Assembly: GCA_051872635.1 (NCBI GenBank)
Contig: JBJEEA010000014.1
Coordinates: 1,944-63,851 of the forward strand
From: Bacilli bacterium
GTDB taxonomy: Bacteria > Bacillota_I > Bacilli_A > RF39 > UBA660
Direction of reading: 5' to 3'
Length of the DNA: 61,908 bases
Shown: positions 48,900 to 59,195 of the stretch, piece by piece
How the letters are laid out: each line of letters opens with the position of its first letter
Numbering within the stretch: the stretch's first letter is position 1
Position numbers and translations under genes: made by a program
Notes under the pieces: model-generated
Seen by the model: only the letters and a program-made list of their open reading frames with translations
Databases searched by the model: none
What the model was told of the DNA's origin: nothing

Positions 48900-50720
48900 G
48901 TGAACTATACTAATAGAGAAGTAGTACGTAGGTTAAAACAATATGATATGTTTTTGAATAGTCTTTCTTTGACAACTGATCCTGTTCAAAGAGAGAGAAT
49001 ATGTGATCAACTGGATAAGATAGAAAAGCAAATTTTACTTGAAACTAATTCGGAATATGAAGAAGAATATATGCTTTTGATGAATCAAAATACTAAATAT
49101 TTTGAAGAAGAGAAAGCAAGACTTAGAAATCTTATATCTTTAATTACTGATAGAAGAAGCTACTTAGAAGAGAGAAAAATAAAACATAAAAATATTACTG
49201 GTTCACTTGTTGAACTTACTACTTTCCTCGGAGAAGATAAACTTACTACACTTAAGAAAAGACTTAAAGTTATTGAAAAATATGAGGATAATAAAGCTAA
49301 ACAAGAAACTCTTATTAAAGAGATGAAAGTATTGGATGTTAAAATAAGTGAAGCTTCTCGTAATGTTAAAGCTAATATGCGATTAAATGAAAGTTTAGAA
49401 CACAAAATGATAAATTTAGTCGAAAAAGCTTTAGATAAATTAAAGTTATATTCATTAACAGAGAGAAAAAGTGAAATAATAAAAAAGTATAATTCACTTA
49501 AATATGCTCTTGATATGGCTAAAGAAAATTTAAAGAGTGCTAAAGAGTTAGGAGATGCTGAAACAATTCTTTCTTGTGATAGCATGTTATCGGAAGTTAC
49601 GGTTGAATACTCTAAATACAATGAAGAATTAAATATTAATAAATTAATAGATATTTATGATAAACAAGTTTCTGGATATGATGAGCTCTTAGAGAAGAGA
49701 ACATGTATAGATGAGATACTTAAAAATATTATTGGAAGTAGCTTATATTTAGAAATTGGTGAAGAGATTAATAAGCAGTTTAATACAATAAAATTAGAAA
49801 AACAAGATATTAAAAATTATGAATCGTTAAAGGAAGAGAGAGAAAAGAAAAATAAGCTTTTATATGAAATCGAGGAAGAAAATAATTCTAAAGATTTTAA
49901 GATAGTCTTAGAGGATCTTATTAAAAATGAAAAGTTATACCGTGAGGAACAGATAAGAGCTGCTAAAAAGAAGGAGTATCAAGAAAGACAAAAAAAATTG
50001 ATTGAAGAGCAAAAAATAGAAGCTTCACGTGTTAGAAGACAGAAACTTATTGAAGAAGCTAGATTAAAAGATCAACAAGAGAGAGCAGAAAAGCTAAAAG
50101 AGCTTCAAGAAAAGACAGTCATTAACCCTAGGAAAATAGATATTAATTCTGCCAAAGATGATAGAAAAATAGAAGAGGTTTCAAAGGTAGAAGATAATAC
50201 TATTTTTGAAAATAGTTTTGATACTGATGAACTTTTTGAGAATACAAAAATAGTTCCAAATAGGCTTGAGGATAATGAAAATAAAGAAAAGATAAATAGT
50301 CAAGGTTCTCTAAAAGATGATAATGTACTTCATGTGAATACTTCTTTAGAGAAAAAAGAAGAAAAGCTAAAAGAGTCACCTATATGGACTCCACCAATAT
50401 GGGAAAATGACATAAAAGAAGAAGAAAAAATGCCAGATATTATGGACTTATTTAAAGAGGAAAGAAAAAATAAAAAGGATATTGATGTAGAAATTAATGA
50501 AGATAATGATGATGTAAGTACAAATATATATGATGTAATAGAAAAAAATAATAATATTATTTGGAAGACAACTGAGACTAAAAATGATGTGAATTCAATA
50601 CCAGTAATTGGAAATAATAATCTTAAACCAGAAATATTAGATAATAAGAAAAAGGAAGATATTGCATTTCCAAATATAGATAATAAGGAAGGTGAAATAT
50701 TATGGAAGGAAACTCTATAA
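48900..50720 (+). CDS. Hypothetical long coiled-coil protein with acidic disordered tail
   Basis: Heptad-rich E/K/L composition; TTGACA-17-TATAAT promoter upstream; no ATPase motif. Confidence 0.75.
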   Translation: MNYTNREVVRRLKQYDMFLNSLSLTTDPVQRERICDQLDKIEKQILLETNSEYEEEYMLLMNQNTKYFEEEKARLRNLISLITDRRSYLEERKIKHKNITGSLVELTTFLGEDKLTTLKKRLKVIEKYEDNKAKQETLIKEMKVLDVKISEASRNVKANMRLNESLEHKMINLVEKALDKLKLYSLTERKSEIIKKYNSLKYALDMAKENLKSAKELGDAETILSCDSMLSEVTVEYSKYNEELNINKLIDIYDKQVSGYDELLEKRTCIDEILKNIIGSSLYLEIGEEINKQFNTIKLEKQDIKNYESLKEEREKKNKLLYEIEEENNSKDFKIVLEDLIKNEKLYREEQIRAAKKKEYQERQKKLIEEQKIEASRVRRQKLIEEARLKDQQERAEKLKELQEKTVINPRKIDINSAKDDRKIEEVSKVEDNTIFENSFDTDELFENTKIVPNRLEDNENKEKINSQGSLKDDNVLHVNTSLEKKEEKLKESPIWTPPIWENDIKEEEKMPDIMDLFKEERKNKKDIDVEINEDNDDVSTNIYDVIEKNNNIIWKTTETKNDVNSIPVIGNNNLKPEILDNKKKEDIAFPNIDNKEGEILWKETL

Positions 50721-52495
50721 AACCTTTTGAAAATTTATGTAAGATTTTTGAAATGAGGATTAAATTAGATAGAGAAAAAGATATTTCAACTTCTTCTTCT
50801 GTTTTTGAAAATTATGAAAAATATTCGAAAAAAATTGATGAAATTTATAATGCAGAATTTACTAAGAATATTAAACCACTTATAACTCCTGCTAGTAGTA
50901 TTGAGAAAGAAGAGGAAAGATTAAATAAACTTATTAAATTACTTGAAGATAGATTGGAAAAAAGACAGTCTTTAGAAGATAGATATTATGAGACAACAGG
51001 TACATATATGTCATCTCTTCAACCAGTTGTGTCGGACTATGAGTTAAAGGAAAATAAAGAAAGATTAGCTTTAATAAGTAGGTATTTAGAAACTAAGAGT
51101 GAAATTACTAATGTTACGGAAGATATAGCTAAACTTAAAAATGAACTTTCAATAAATGAAGAACAAAAAGATAAGTATACAACAAAGAATAAAATTATGG
51201 AAGATGAGTTGTATAGTACATTTACTAGTATTGTTAAAGATGAAGAATATTATCATGAATTAAATGAAGATGATATTGATAATGAATTATCTAAAGTCTT
51301 GGAAAAGGTTTCTGAGACTAAAGAGACCTTAGATGTTACTAAGGATAGTGTAAATAGTCTTACTTCAAATGGCCTTGATGATGATTATGTTACTTATGTA
51401 GAAGATGCTGAAAAAAATTATTATATATGGAAAAATAGAGAATTTACTTTAAGTATTTATGCTCTTGTAGTGAAGCTTGATGATGAATTTGAAGAAATGT
51501 ATGAAAAGAGAAAGAAAATTTTAGGATTTATATATGATAGAGTAAAAGTACGCGAAGAATTAAAAATTGATACTATAGATGAATTTTATGATTTTGAGCG
51601 AAAAGTAGAAGAACAGTTAAACATTCTTGAAGCAGAAAAAGAAGTATTAGAAAATATTAATAATTATATGAATAGGATTAATTTTAAAGAAGAAAAACTA
51701 AATGAACTAGAGGAAATAAATAATTCAGCTGAAGTACTTCCAATACTTAAAGAATACGATCTTATAGATACTTATGAGACGCCTGATGAGCTTGCTATTT
51801 ACGATATTCCTCTTGAAGAAGATAGTGAAGATTCTAGTGCTGAAGGTGAAAATTCAGTTATTAAAGAATTTATTGATCCTTATCGTATTGTAGAGATAAA
51901 AGATTATCCAAAAACTTTAAATATTGGACTTGCTAAGTTAAAAGGGGAAAGTGTGAGAGAAAAGGTTAATAAGAAACTAAATCCTACTATGAAGGTTGTT
52001 TTTGAAGATTTAGCACCAAAGTCAGAAGATGAAAAAGAAGAAGATACTTATGTTCAAGATAAATCTGATATTAACTCTATTGAAAAAGATGACATGGTTA
52101 ATAATAATTCTTCTCAAGAAAATACTTCTAATGATAATGTAATTCCAGTATGGGGAGTACCTTCTGATATTTCTAATAAAATTGATGTAGATAATAATTC
52201 TAATAATTTAAATAATACTCTTTTATGGAATGATATTAAGCCTGTTTTCCCCTCAAATGCTAGTGTTGGTAATAGTTTAGATAATAATTTAGAAAAAGGT
52301 TCAATAGAAATTAATGCTGATAATCAAGTAAAAGGAGAAGATACTAATAAAAGTAGTAGTAATGATAGTACATTCTGGATTCCTGTATCAGATTCCAAAT
52401 TGGAGTCTGATCAATTTCCTAGTATAAATGTACCAATTCAGGGTAATTTTTCTAGTGAAAGTGATAATTTTGGATTTCCTTCAATAAATGGATAA
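50702..52495 (+). CDS. Hypothetical coiled-coil protein, paralog of the upstream gene
   Basis: Shared EE..RL..LI.L..DR.......Y/H...TG..RL..I..Y...K segment. Confidence 0.75.
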   Translation: MEGNSIKPFENLCKIFEMRIKLDREKDISTSSSVFENYEKYSKKIDEIYNAEFTKNIKPLITPASSIEKEEERLNKLIKLLEDRLEKRQSLEDRYYETTGTYMSSLQPVVSDYELKENKERLALISRYLETKSEITNVTEDIAKLKNELSINEEQKDKYTTKNKIMEDELYSTFTSIVKDEEYYHELNEDDIDNELSKVLEKVSETKETLDVTKDSVNSLTSNGLDDDYVTYVEDAEKNYYIWKNREFTLSIYALVVKLDDEFEEMYEKRKKILGFIYDRVKVREELKIDTIDEFYDFERKVEEQLNILEAEKEVLENINNYMNRINFKEEKLNELEEINNSAEVLPILKEYDLIDTYETPDELAIYDIPLEEDSEDSSAEGENSVIKEFIDPYRIVEIKDYPKTLNIGLAKLKGESVREKVNKKLNPTMKVVFEDLAPKSEDEKEEDTYVQDKSDINSIEKDDMVNNNSSQENTSNDNVIPVWGVPSDISNKIDVDNNSNNLNNTLLWNDIKPVFPSNASVGNSLDNNLEKGSIEINADNQVKGEDTNKSSSNDSTFWIPVSDSKLESDQFPSINVPIQGNFSSESDNFGFPSING

Positions 52496-52509
52496 AGGAG
52501 ACTGATAAA

Positions 52510-52749
52510 ATGTTAGATGTTGATAAAGTAATTGTTTTAGAAAATAATGAAGAATATTTAGTTTTAGATAAAGTTGAATATAATGGAATTAATTATTATT
52601 ATATTGCTAAGGTTAATGAAACAGAGACAGATATAGATAATAATTATAAACTAGTAACAGTAGAAGAGGAACTTGGAAATAAGAAAATTTCTGAAGTAAC
52701 TGGGGAAGAAAAACTTAAAGAAATATTACCACTATTTATTAGAGATTAA
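52510..52749 (+). CDS. DUF1292-like small acidic protein
   Basis: VIVLENNEEYLVLDKVEYNGINYYY pattern. Confidence 0.55.
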   Translation: MLDVDKVIVLENNEEYLVLDKVEYNGINYYYIAKVNETETDIDNNYKLVTVEEELGNKKISEVTGEEKLKEILPLFIRD

Positions 52750-52780
52750 AAAAAGGCCTAGATTTATTGTCTGGGCTTTT
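52750..52780. terminator. Bidirectional terminator
   Basis: aaaaaggcctaga-tttattg-tctgggcttttt. Confidence 0.65.
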
Positions 52781-53016
52781 TATTTGAAACGTTTAAGTTC
52801 AAAAGGGCTTCCTATTATATCGTAACCTTGATTTGTTATTTCTTTAACTACATTGTTAAGAAATCTATCATTGTCTAATTTGTCTTCCATTTTTAAAATA
52901 ATTAATACTTCTTTATAAGCACTTAACCAAGATAATCTTTGAGTATTTTTATATACAATTAGATGATTTACTACTTTTTGAACGTCTTTTTTAATGTCTT
53001 CTGGGATTACTATCAT
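52780..53016 (-). CDS. Hypothetical protein
   Basis: RBS aggagg, 78 aa. Confidence 0.65.
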   Translation of the reverse strand: MIVIPEDIKKDVQKVVNHLIVYKNTQRLSWLSAYKEVLIILKMEDKLDNDRFLNNVVKEITNQGYDIIGSPFELKRFK

Positions 53017-53182
53017 TTAAGCCTCCTTTTAGGTAAGTATAATATAATTTTTGAAATTAATATGTAGTCATTTTGATTACATAATGACCTTATATGGTAT
53101 AAATTATAACAAAGATTAAAGAAAATTTACTTATTTACTTATAAATTAAAGTCTGATATAATTAATTAGGATGGTGTGCTGT

Positions 53183-53890
53183 ATGGATTATATTTCTATT
53201 GATAATTTTGAAGGACCGCTTGATTTACTTTTACATTTGGTAAAGGAAGCTAATATTGATATATGTGATATATCAATTGAAGAAATTACGGATAAATATT
53301 TGGATTATATTAATCATGAGGAAAATTTAAATATTAATATTTCTTCCTCTTATCTAGTTATGGCTTCGGAACTTATGTATATTAAATCAAAGTCTTTACT
53401 TCCTAAAAGAGAAAATGAGGAAGAGGAAGAAGAGGAATTAACTAGAGAGAATTTAATTAATAAATTAATAGAATATAAGAAATATAAAAATCTTACGGGT
53501 ACTTTTAGAGATATGGAAGAGGATAGAAGAAAGATATTTATAAAAGGACCTGAGAAATATAATAATTATATGGATACTAAAAAATATGAAGAGGAATCAG
53601 TAGAAACTTTGATAGAGGCCTTTAAGAAATTTTTGGATAGACGAGAACTAGAAAAACCACTTAATACAACTGTTACAATGAAAGAATATTCTATAAATGA
53701 TAGAAAGAAGAGTATTAGGAATATATTAAGGGATAGAAAGAGTGCATATTTAGAAGATTTAATTGAAGAAGATAATAAACCATATTTAGTTGTTACTTTT
53801 TTAGGAATACTTGAGATGGTTAAGGAAAAAGATATTGTTATTAAACAAGATAAAAATTTTGATAGAATTTTAGTAGAATTGAGGAATTGA
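53183..53890 (+). CDS. scpA: Segregation and condensation protein A
   Basis: FEGPLDLLLHL, YLVMASEL.YIKSK.LLP, VVTFL.ILE. Confidence 0.95.
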   Translation: MDYISIDNFEGPLDLLLHLVKEANIDICDISIEEITDKYLDYINHEENLNINISSSYLVMASELMYIKSKSLLPKRENEEEEEEELTRENLINKLIEYKKYKNLTGTFRDMEEDRRKIFIKGPEKYNNYMDTKKYEEESVETLIEAFKKFLDRRELEKPLNTTVTMKEYSINDRKKSIRNILRDRKSAYLEDLIEEDNKPYLVVTFLGILEMVKEKDIVIKQDKNFDRILVELRN

Positions 53891-53891
53891 T

Positions 53892-54455
53892 ATGGAGGAA
53901 ATAGTTGAAGGACTATTATACGTTCAAGGTGATATTGGACTTACTATTGAGGAGATAGAAAAGATATTAGATATTGATGAAGATACCGCTAAAAGGGTAG
54001 TACTTAATTTAAAGAATTATTATGATGATAATAAAAGAGGACTTAGAATTAATTTTTTAGGTAATGCTATTAAACTTACGACAAGGGAAGAACATAGAGA
54101 ATATTATCAGAAACTTATCGAAGGACCTAGAGAGAATACTTTATCTGATGCTGCTCTTGAAACGCTTGCGATAATTGCCTATAATGAACCAATTACAAGA
54201 GGAGAAATTGATAGTCTTAGAGGAGTGGATTCTAGTTATGTTCTTAGAAGGCTTTTGGCTAAGGGACTTGTTAAGGAATGTGGGAGATCGGATTTACCAG
54301 GAAGACCAATTTTATATAAGACTACGGATGATTTTTTAGATTATTTTGGCCTTTCTTCAAAAGATGATTTGCCTAAAATTGAAGTAAATAGTGAAGAAGA
54401 TATACCAATGGACTTATATACATCTATTTATAAGGAGGGGGATAATAATGGATGA
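53892..54455 (+). CDS. scpB: Segregation and condensation protein B
   Basis: [38 protein letters not shown]. Confidence 0.95.
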   Translation: MEEIVEGLLYVQGDIGLTIEEIEKILDIDEDTAKRVVLNLKNYYDDNKRGLRINFLGNAIKLTTREEHREYYQKLIEGPRENTLSDAALETLAIIAYNEPITRGEIDSLRGVDSSYVLRRLLAKGLVKECGRSDLPGRPILYKTTDDFLDYFGLSSKDDLPKIEVNSEEDIPMDLYTSIYKEGDNNG

Positions 54456-55434
54456 AAGAATTGTTACTAATACTTTATTAGAAGAAGATAAGGATATGTC
54501 AATTAGGCCAACAACTTTAGATGAGTATGTGGGTCAAAGTGAGATTAAGGAGAATCTTCGAGTATTTATAAAGTCTGCTACTATGAGAGGGGAAGCACTT
54601 GATCATATACTATTATATGGACCTCCAGGACTTGGAAAGACAACGCTTGCTTATATTATTGCAGGTGAACTTGGTAGTAATATTAAGACGGCATCGGGTC
54701 CTTCTATTGAAAAGTCAGGGGATCTTGCAGCAATACTATCGACTTTAGAAGAAGGAGATGTCTTATTTATAGATGAGATTCATCGTATACCAAGATTTAT
54801 TGAGGAAATTTTATATCCCGCTATGGAAGATTATTATTTAGATATTGTTGTAGGAAGTGAAGGGTCATCTAGGAATATTAAAATTAATTTACCGCATTTT
54901 ACTTTGGTTGGTGCTACTACTAGAGTAGGTGATTTATCCAGTCCTTTAAGAGATCGTTTTGGTATTATTGCTAAATTAAATTATTATACAGAAGAGGAAT
55001 TATATAAAATTATTAAAAGGACTTCGAGAGTGCTTGATACGCCAATTACTGATGAAGCTGCTAGATGTTTAGCTAGTAGGAGTCGAGGAACGCCTAGAAT
55101 TGCTAATAGATTATTTAAAAGGGTAAGAGATTTTGCTTTAGTTTATGGTGATGGTATTATTAATGAAGAAATTTTATCTCATTCATTAGAACGATTAAAA
55201 GTAGATAAAACAGGTCTTGATGAAACCGATCATAATCTGCTTTTAGCTATTATAGAAAGATTTAATGGAGGTCCTGTTGGTCTTGAAGCTCTAGCCTCTT
55301 CAATAGGAGAGGAGGCTTCGACTATTGAAGATGTTTATGAACCTTATTTACTTCAGCAAGGTTATTTAAAGAGAACAGCTAGAGGTAGAGTGGTTACAGA
55401 TAAAACTTATGAGTATTTAAATATTGAAAAGTAA
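54448..55434 (+). CDS. ruvB: Holliday junction branch migration helicase RuvB
   Basis: [39 protein letters not shown]; ATG 54448 with RBS aggagg. Confidence 0.97.
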   Translation: MDERIVTNTLLEEDKDMSIRPTTLDEYVGQSEIKENLRVFIKSATMRGEALDHILLYGPPGLGKTTLAYIIAGELGSNIKTASGPSIEKSGDLAAILSTLEEGDVLFIDEIHRIPRFIEEILYPAMEDYYLDIVVGSEGSSRNIKINLPHFTLVGATTRVGDLSSPLRDRFGIIAKLNYYTEEELYKIIKRTSRVLDTPITDEAARCLASRSRGTPRIANRLFKRVRDFALVYGDGIINEEILSHSLERLKVDKTGLDETDHNLLLAIIERFNGGPVGLEALASSIGEEASTIEDVYEPYLLQQGYLKRTARGRVVTDKTYEYLNIEK

Positions 55435-55509
55435 TATATAATTTGGAAAAATAATTTTTTATGATATAATAAAGGTGTTTGTGGAAATTTTATTAAAAGG
55501 GTGGTTTAA

Positions 55510-57366
55510 ATGGAATTGTTAGAAAAAATAGAAGAAGTAAAAAAAGCTATAAGGAATAATCCTAGTGATTCTTTTAATATTATTAGTGATAATATTCCTA
55601 AATATACTATGTATAGTTATATGCTTGAATGTAATAAAAATAATTTAAATAATTATGCTCTTAGATTTGGAAGAAGAAGATATACATATAGAGAGTTTAT
55701 TGAATTAATAGATAGATATGCTAAAGGATTTAGAAGTATGGGGATAAGCAAAGGAGATAGAGTGGCTTTACTTTTACCTAATTTGCCAGAGTCTACTATT
55801 ATTATTTATGCATTGAATAAAATAGGTGCTATTTCAGATAATATAGACCCTACTAGTAAAACAGATAGAATGAAATATTTTTTAGAAAAAGAAAAAATTA
55901 ATGCTATAGTATGTTTTGATAAAGTATATGAAAAATCGATTAAACCAATTGAAGATTTTGTATATAATGAACTTCATATAGATAAAGTATTAATTACTAA
56001 AATTACTGATTCATTACCTTTATTAGAAAGAACAATTTATAAAATAAAAGAAAGTGATGATGATTTATTAAAGAGGGTTAATAGTTCTTATGGTGATATA
56101 AATATATTAAATATTAATAGGTTTGTTAAAGAATCAAAATATCAAATTTGTTATACTAATCCTTATATCGAGAGTGAAGTAGCTACTATTTGTCATTCTT
56201 CAGGTACAGAAGGTATGCCAAAAACTATCCCATCTACTAATGAAAATATTAATTTTATTGCCTTTCAGCATCAAATATCTGATATAGATTATAGTAGAGT
56301 AAAAACTTTTTTACATGTATTACCAGGATTTGCTCAATTTGGTTTTTCTGATTCTATGCATCTTGGACACTGCTTAGGATTAGAAATGATTGAAATACCT
56401 GTTTTTTCACAAGATTCTATTATAGATATTTTATTAAAAACAAAAGCTAATTGTTTATTTGGAGTTGCTTCTTTTTGGATTAGATTGATAGAAGATGATA
56501 AATATAAAGATGTTGATTTATCATTTCTAGAGGAAGCTGTATATGGAGGAAGTAGTCTTACGATGTCTCAAGTAGCTAATATAAATAGATTTTTAGTATC
56601 TCATGGTTCTAGATGTCTTTTAAGAGTAGGATATGGAATGAGTGAGTTTAATGGAACTTGTATATTAGAAGATCCGTTTATATCTACTCCTGGTAGTTGT
56701 GGTAAAGATTTATTAGGTGGAACTGGTCTAATTATAAATCCTGATACTATGAAGAAAGTTCCTATAGGAGAAGTAGGACATTTATTTTATCGTAAAGGAA
56801 GTATGCCGGTATGTGAATTTGATGGTGAAATACTTCATGACCCTATATTAATAGATGGTAAGAAGTATATAGATACTGGTGATATAATGAAAAAAAATAG
56901 TAGTGGTGAATACTTCTTTGAAGGAAGAGCAAGTGGTATGATATCTAGATATGATGGATATAAAATATATCCAAATGCTTTAGAAAATGCTATTACATCT
57001 TCTAATTTGATTAAAGATTGTATGGCAACGGAATATTATGAAAAAGAAGTTTATGGTACTATGCCTATTGTATATATAATTCCTAGTGAAAATTTCGATA
57101 TGAATAATATAAAAGATAATATTTCTGATATTATAAATAATTATATATTAAATAATAAGAAAATGACTTATCGTGATATTCCAAGGAAGTGGAAAATAGT
57201 GGATAGTCTACCACTTACATCTGCATTAAAAAAAGATTATAAAAAAATTAAAAGTAATGGTATAGATGGAAGTGAAATAACTATTATATGTCATGAAACA
57301 AATATTGGACTTGATTATTTTGATGTAATTATTCCTAATAAAGATAAGGTTTTGGTAAAGAAATAA
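55510..57366 (+). CDS. Adenylate-forming enzyme (acyl-CoA synthetase/AMP-binding family), copy 1
   Basis: HSSGTEGMPK, GYGMSE, TGD, GR, GYKIYP, LP.T...K. Confidence 0.88.
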   Translation: MELLEKIEEVKKAIRNNPSDSFNIISDNIPKYTMYSYMLECNKNNLNNYALRFGRRRYTYREFIELIDRYAKGFRSMGISKGDRVALLLPNLPESTIIIYALNKIGAISDNIDPTSKTDRMKYFLEKEKINAIVCFDKVYEKSIKPIEDFVYNELHIDKVLITKITDSLPLLERTIYKIKESDDDLLKRVNSSYGDINILNINRFVKESKYQICYTNPYIESEVATICHSSGTEGMPKTIPSTNENINFIAFQHQISDIDYSRVKTFLHVLPGFAQFGFSDSMHLGHCLGLEMIEIPVFSQDSIIDILLKTKANCLFGVASFWIRLIEDDKYKDVDLSFLEEAVYGGSSLTMSQVANINRFLVSHGSRCLLRVGYGMSEFNGTCILEDPFISTPGSCGKDLLGGTGLIINPDTMKKVPIGEVGHLFYRKGSMPVCEFDGEILHDPILIDGKKYIDTGDIMKKNSSGEYFFEGRASGMISRYDGYKIYPNALENAITSSNLIKDCMATEYYEKEVYGTMPIVYIIPSENFDMNNIKDNISDIINNYILNNKKMTYRDIPRKWKIVDSLPLTSALKKDYKKIKSNGIDGSEITIICHETNIGLDYFDVIIPNKDKVLVKK

Positions 57367-57382
57367 AAAGGTAAGGTATAAA

Positions 57383-59149
57383 ATGAATTTTAATTTAGGT
57401 TTAACATTTTCAGGGGTAGTATATATAATATTGATAATAATTATATACTTTAAAAGAAAAAGAATAAAAACAAGAGAAAACATAATATATAGCTTATTAC
57501 TAATAACAACATTAATAGAGTTGTTATTAGGATTATGTAGTTATATATTTATCATAAATATTGATATGCTACCTTATGTAACTAGAATTATTAATATATT
57601 ATATTTAATTTCATTAGATAGTTGGATATTGTTTTTTATGTTATATGTGGTTTCTATATCTTCTGATTTTAAATCTAAAAAATTATATAAAATATTTTGG
57701 TTAATATATATATTAATAGCATTATTAATTTCAGTATTTCCTATAAAATTCTATTATAAGAATAATATTATGTATACAAGTGGAATTGCTGTTAATTTTA
57801 CTTATTTAGTAGCGATTATTTCTATTATGATAATAGTTGTTCATTCACTAATAAATATTAAAAAATTGAATAATAAAAAATATATTCCTATGTTTGTATT
57901 TTTACTAATAGGAGGAATAGCTTTATTTGTTCAAATAAAATTTCCAAAATTATTCTTAGTAAGTCCTTTAGAAGTATTAGTAGCGATAGTAATGTACTTT
58001 ACCATAGAAAATCCTGATGTAAAAATGCTTGAAGAAGTACATAAAGCTAAAGAAATAAGTGATAATGCTAATGAAGAGAAGACAATGTTCTTATATAATA
58101 TGACTGGGGCTATTAGAGATATAACTAAAGATATCGATTATTCCGCTAATGATATTTTGGATGAAACGGATAATAAAAAGGTTGATATTGAAGTAATAAA
58201 AACTGATGCTAGAGATATAATTGGTAGTACTGCTAAATTTACGACAATGACTAATGAAGTATTTGATATTTCTAGTATCGATAGTGCAGATGTTAAGATA
58301 TATAATAATAAATATAATATTAAATTAATACTAAAAGAATTAATTCAAATGTATAAAAATAAGGCTCAAGATAAAGGCTTGGAATTTATAACTAATATTG
58401 CTAGTGATATTCCCGAATATTTATATGGTGATAGTATAGGAATTAAGAAAGTTTTAATGATAATATTAGATAATAGTATTAAATATACAAATAAAGGTTA
58501 TATAGAATTTGATGTTAATGTTATCATTACAAATGATATAGCGAGATTAATAATGACTATTGAAGATTCTGGTATTGGTATGAGTCCTGAAGAAGTAAAT
58601 AAAGCTTTTATCAAAAAAGAAAATGTTAATAATGGTTTATATGATGCCAAAATATTAATTACATTAATGAATGGTACTATTATACCAAGTAGTACTTATG
58701 GTAAAGGAACGACAATGAAAATAGTACTAGATCAAAGATATGAAAATGAGAAAAATGATTTAAATAAATATGAAAGTATTTATGATAAAAAGAAGATACT
58801 TTTAGTAGATGATAATGAAAATAGTGAAAAATTATTTGAAAAAATATTTTCTAGTATTAATATTGAAATGGATTGGGTAAGACTTGGCAAAGAGGGATTA
58901 GATAAAATAAGAAATAAAGAAAAGTATGATCTTATATTACTAGATGAAGAGATGGAACCACTATATGGACATGAAGTAATGAAAAAATTTAGGGAGATAA
59001 ATAATTTTAATACTAAAGTAATATTACTTACTAAAACTAATAAGTATGAATATGATGATGAATATTTAAAAGAAGGGTTCACAGATTATTTGATAAAGAA
59101 TGGTAAAAAAGATTTGATATTAGACAAAGTAAATAAGTATTTACAATAA
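57383..59149 (+). CDS. Membrane hybrid sensor histidine kinase/receiver with degenerate H-box
   Basis: About 7 TM; FLYNMTGAIR where FLxNMSHEIR is expected; N-box DNSIKYT, G1 DSGIG; REC LLVDD..LLD. Confidence 0.8.
   Translation: MNFNLGLTFSGVVYIILIIIIYFKRKRIKTRENIIYSLLLITTLIELLLGLCSYIFIINIDMLPYVTRIINILYLISLDSWILFFMLYVVSISSDFKSKKLYKIFWLIYILIALLISVFPIKFYYKNNIMYTSGIAVNFTYLVAIISIMIIVVHSLINIKKLNNKKYIPMFVFLLIGGIALFVQIKFPKLFLVSPLEVLVAIVMYFTIENPDVKMLEEVHKAKEISDNANEEKTMFLYNMTGAIRDITKDIDYSANDILDETDNKKVDIEVIKTDARDIIGSTAKFTTMTNEVFDISSIDSADVKIYNNKYNIKLILKELIQMYKNKAQDKGLEFITNIASDIPEYLYGDSIGIKKVLMIILDNSIKYTNKGYIEFDVNVIITNDIARLIMTIEDSGIGMSPEEVNKAFIKKENVNNGLYDAKILITLMNGTIIPSSTYGKGTTMKIVLDQRYENEKNDLNKYESIYDKKKILLVDDNENSEKLFEKIFSSINIEMDWVRLGKEGLDKIRNKEKYDLILLDEEMEPLYGHEVMKKFREINNFNTKVILLTKTNKYEYDDEYLKEGFTDYLIKNGKKDLILDKVNKYLQ
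58007..58061 (+). repeat. 55-bp exact repeat with 61854-61908
   Basis: gaaaatcctgatgtaaaaatgcttgaagaagtacataaagctaaagaaataagtg occurs at both sites. Confidence 0.9.
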
Positions 59150-59195
59150 ATAAATTTTTATGATATAATCAATTTGATTTGGGGGAATTAAAATT

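Noticed and set aside
48900-52495. Coiled-coil genes as split smc
   Set aside because: No Walker A/B, signature motif or hinge visible
408-59082. Other short opposite-strand or nested ORFs in the track (e.g. 408-602, 4633-4848, 19916-20263, 25511-25831, 44214-44657, 49160-49621, 58780-59082)
   Set aside because: Overlap well-supported genes, lack RBSs and have shadow-ORF composition
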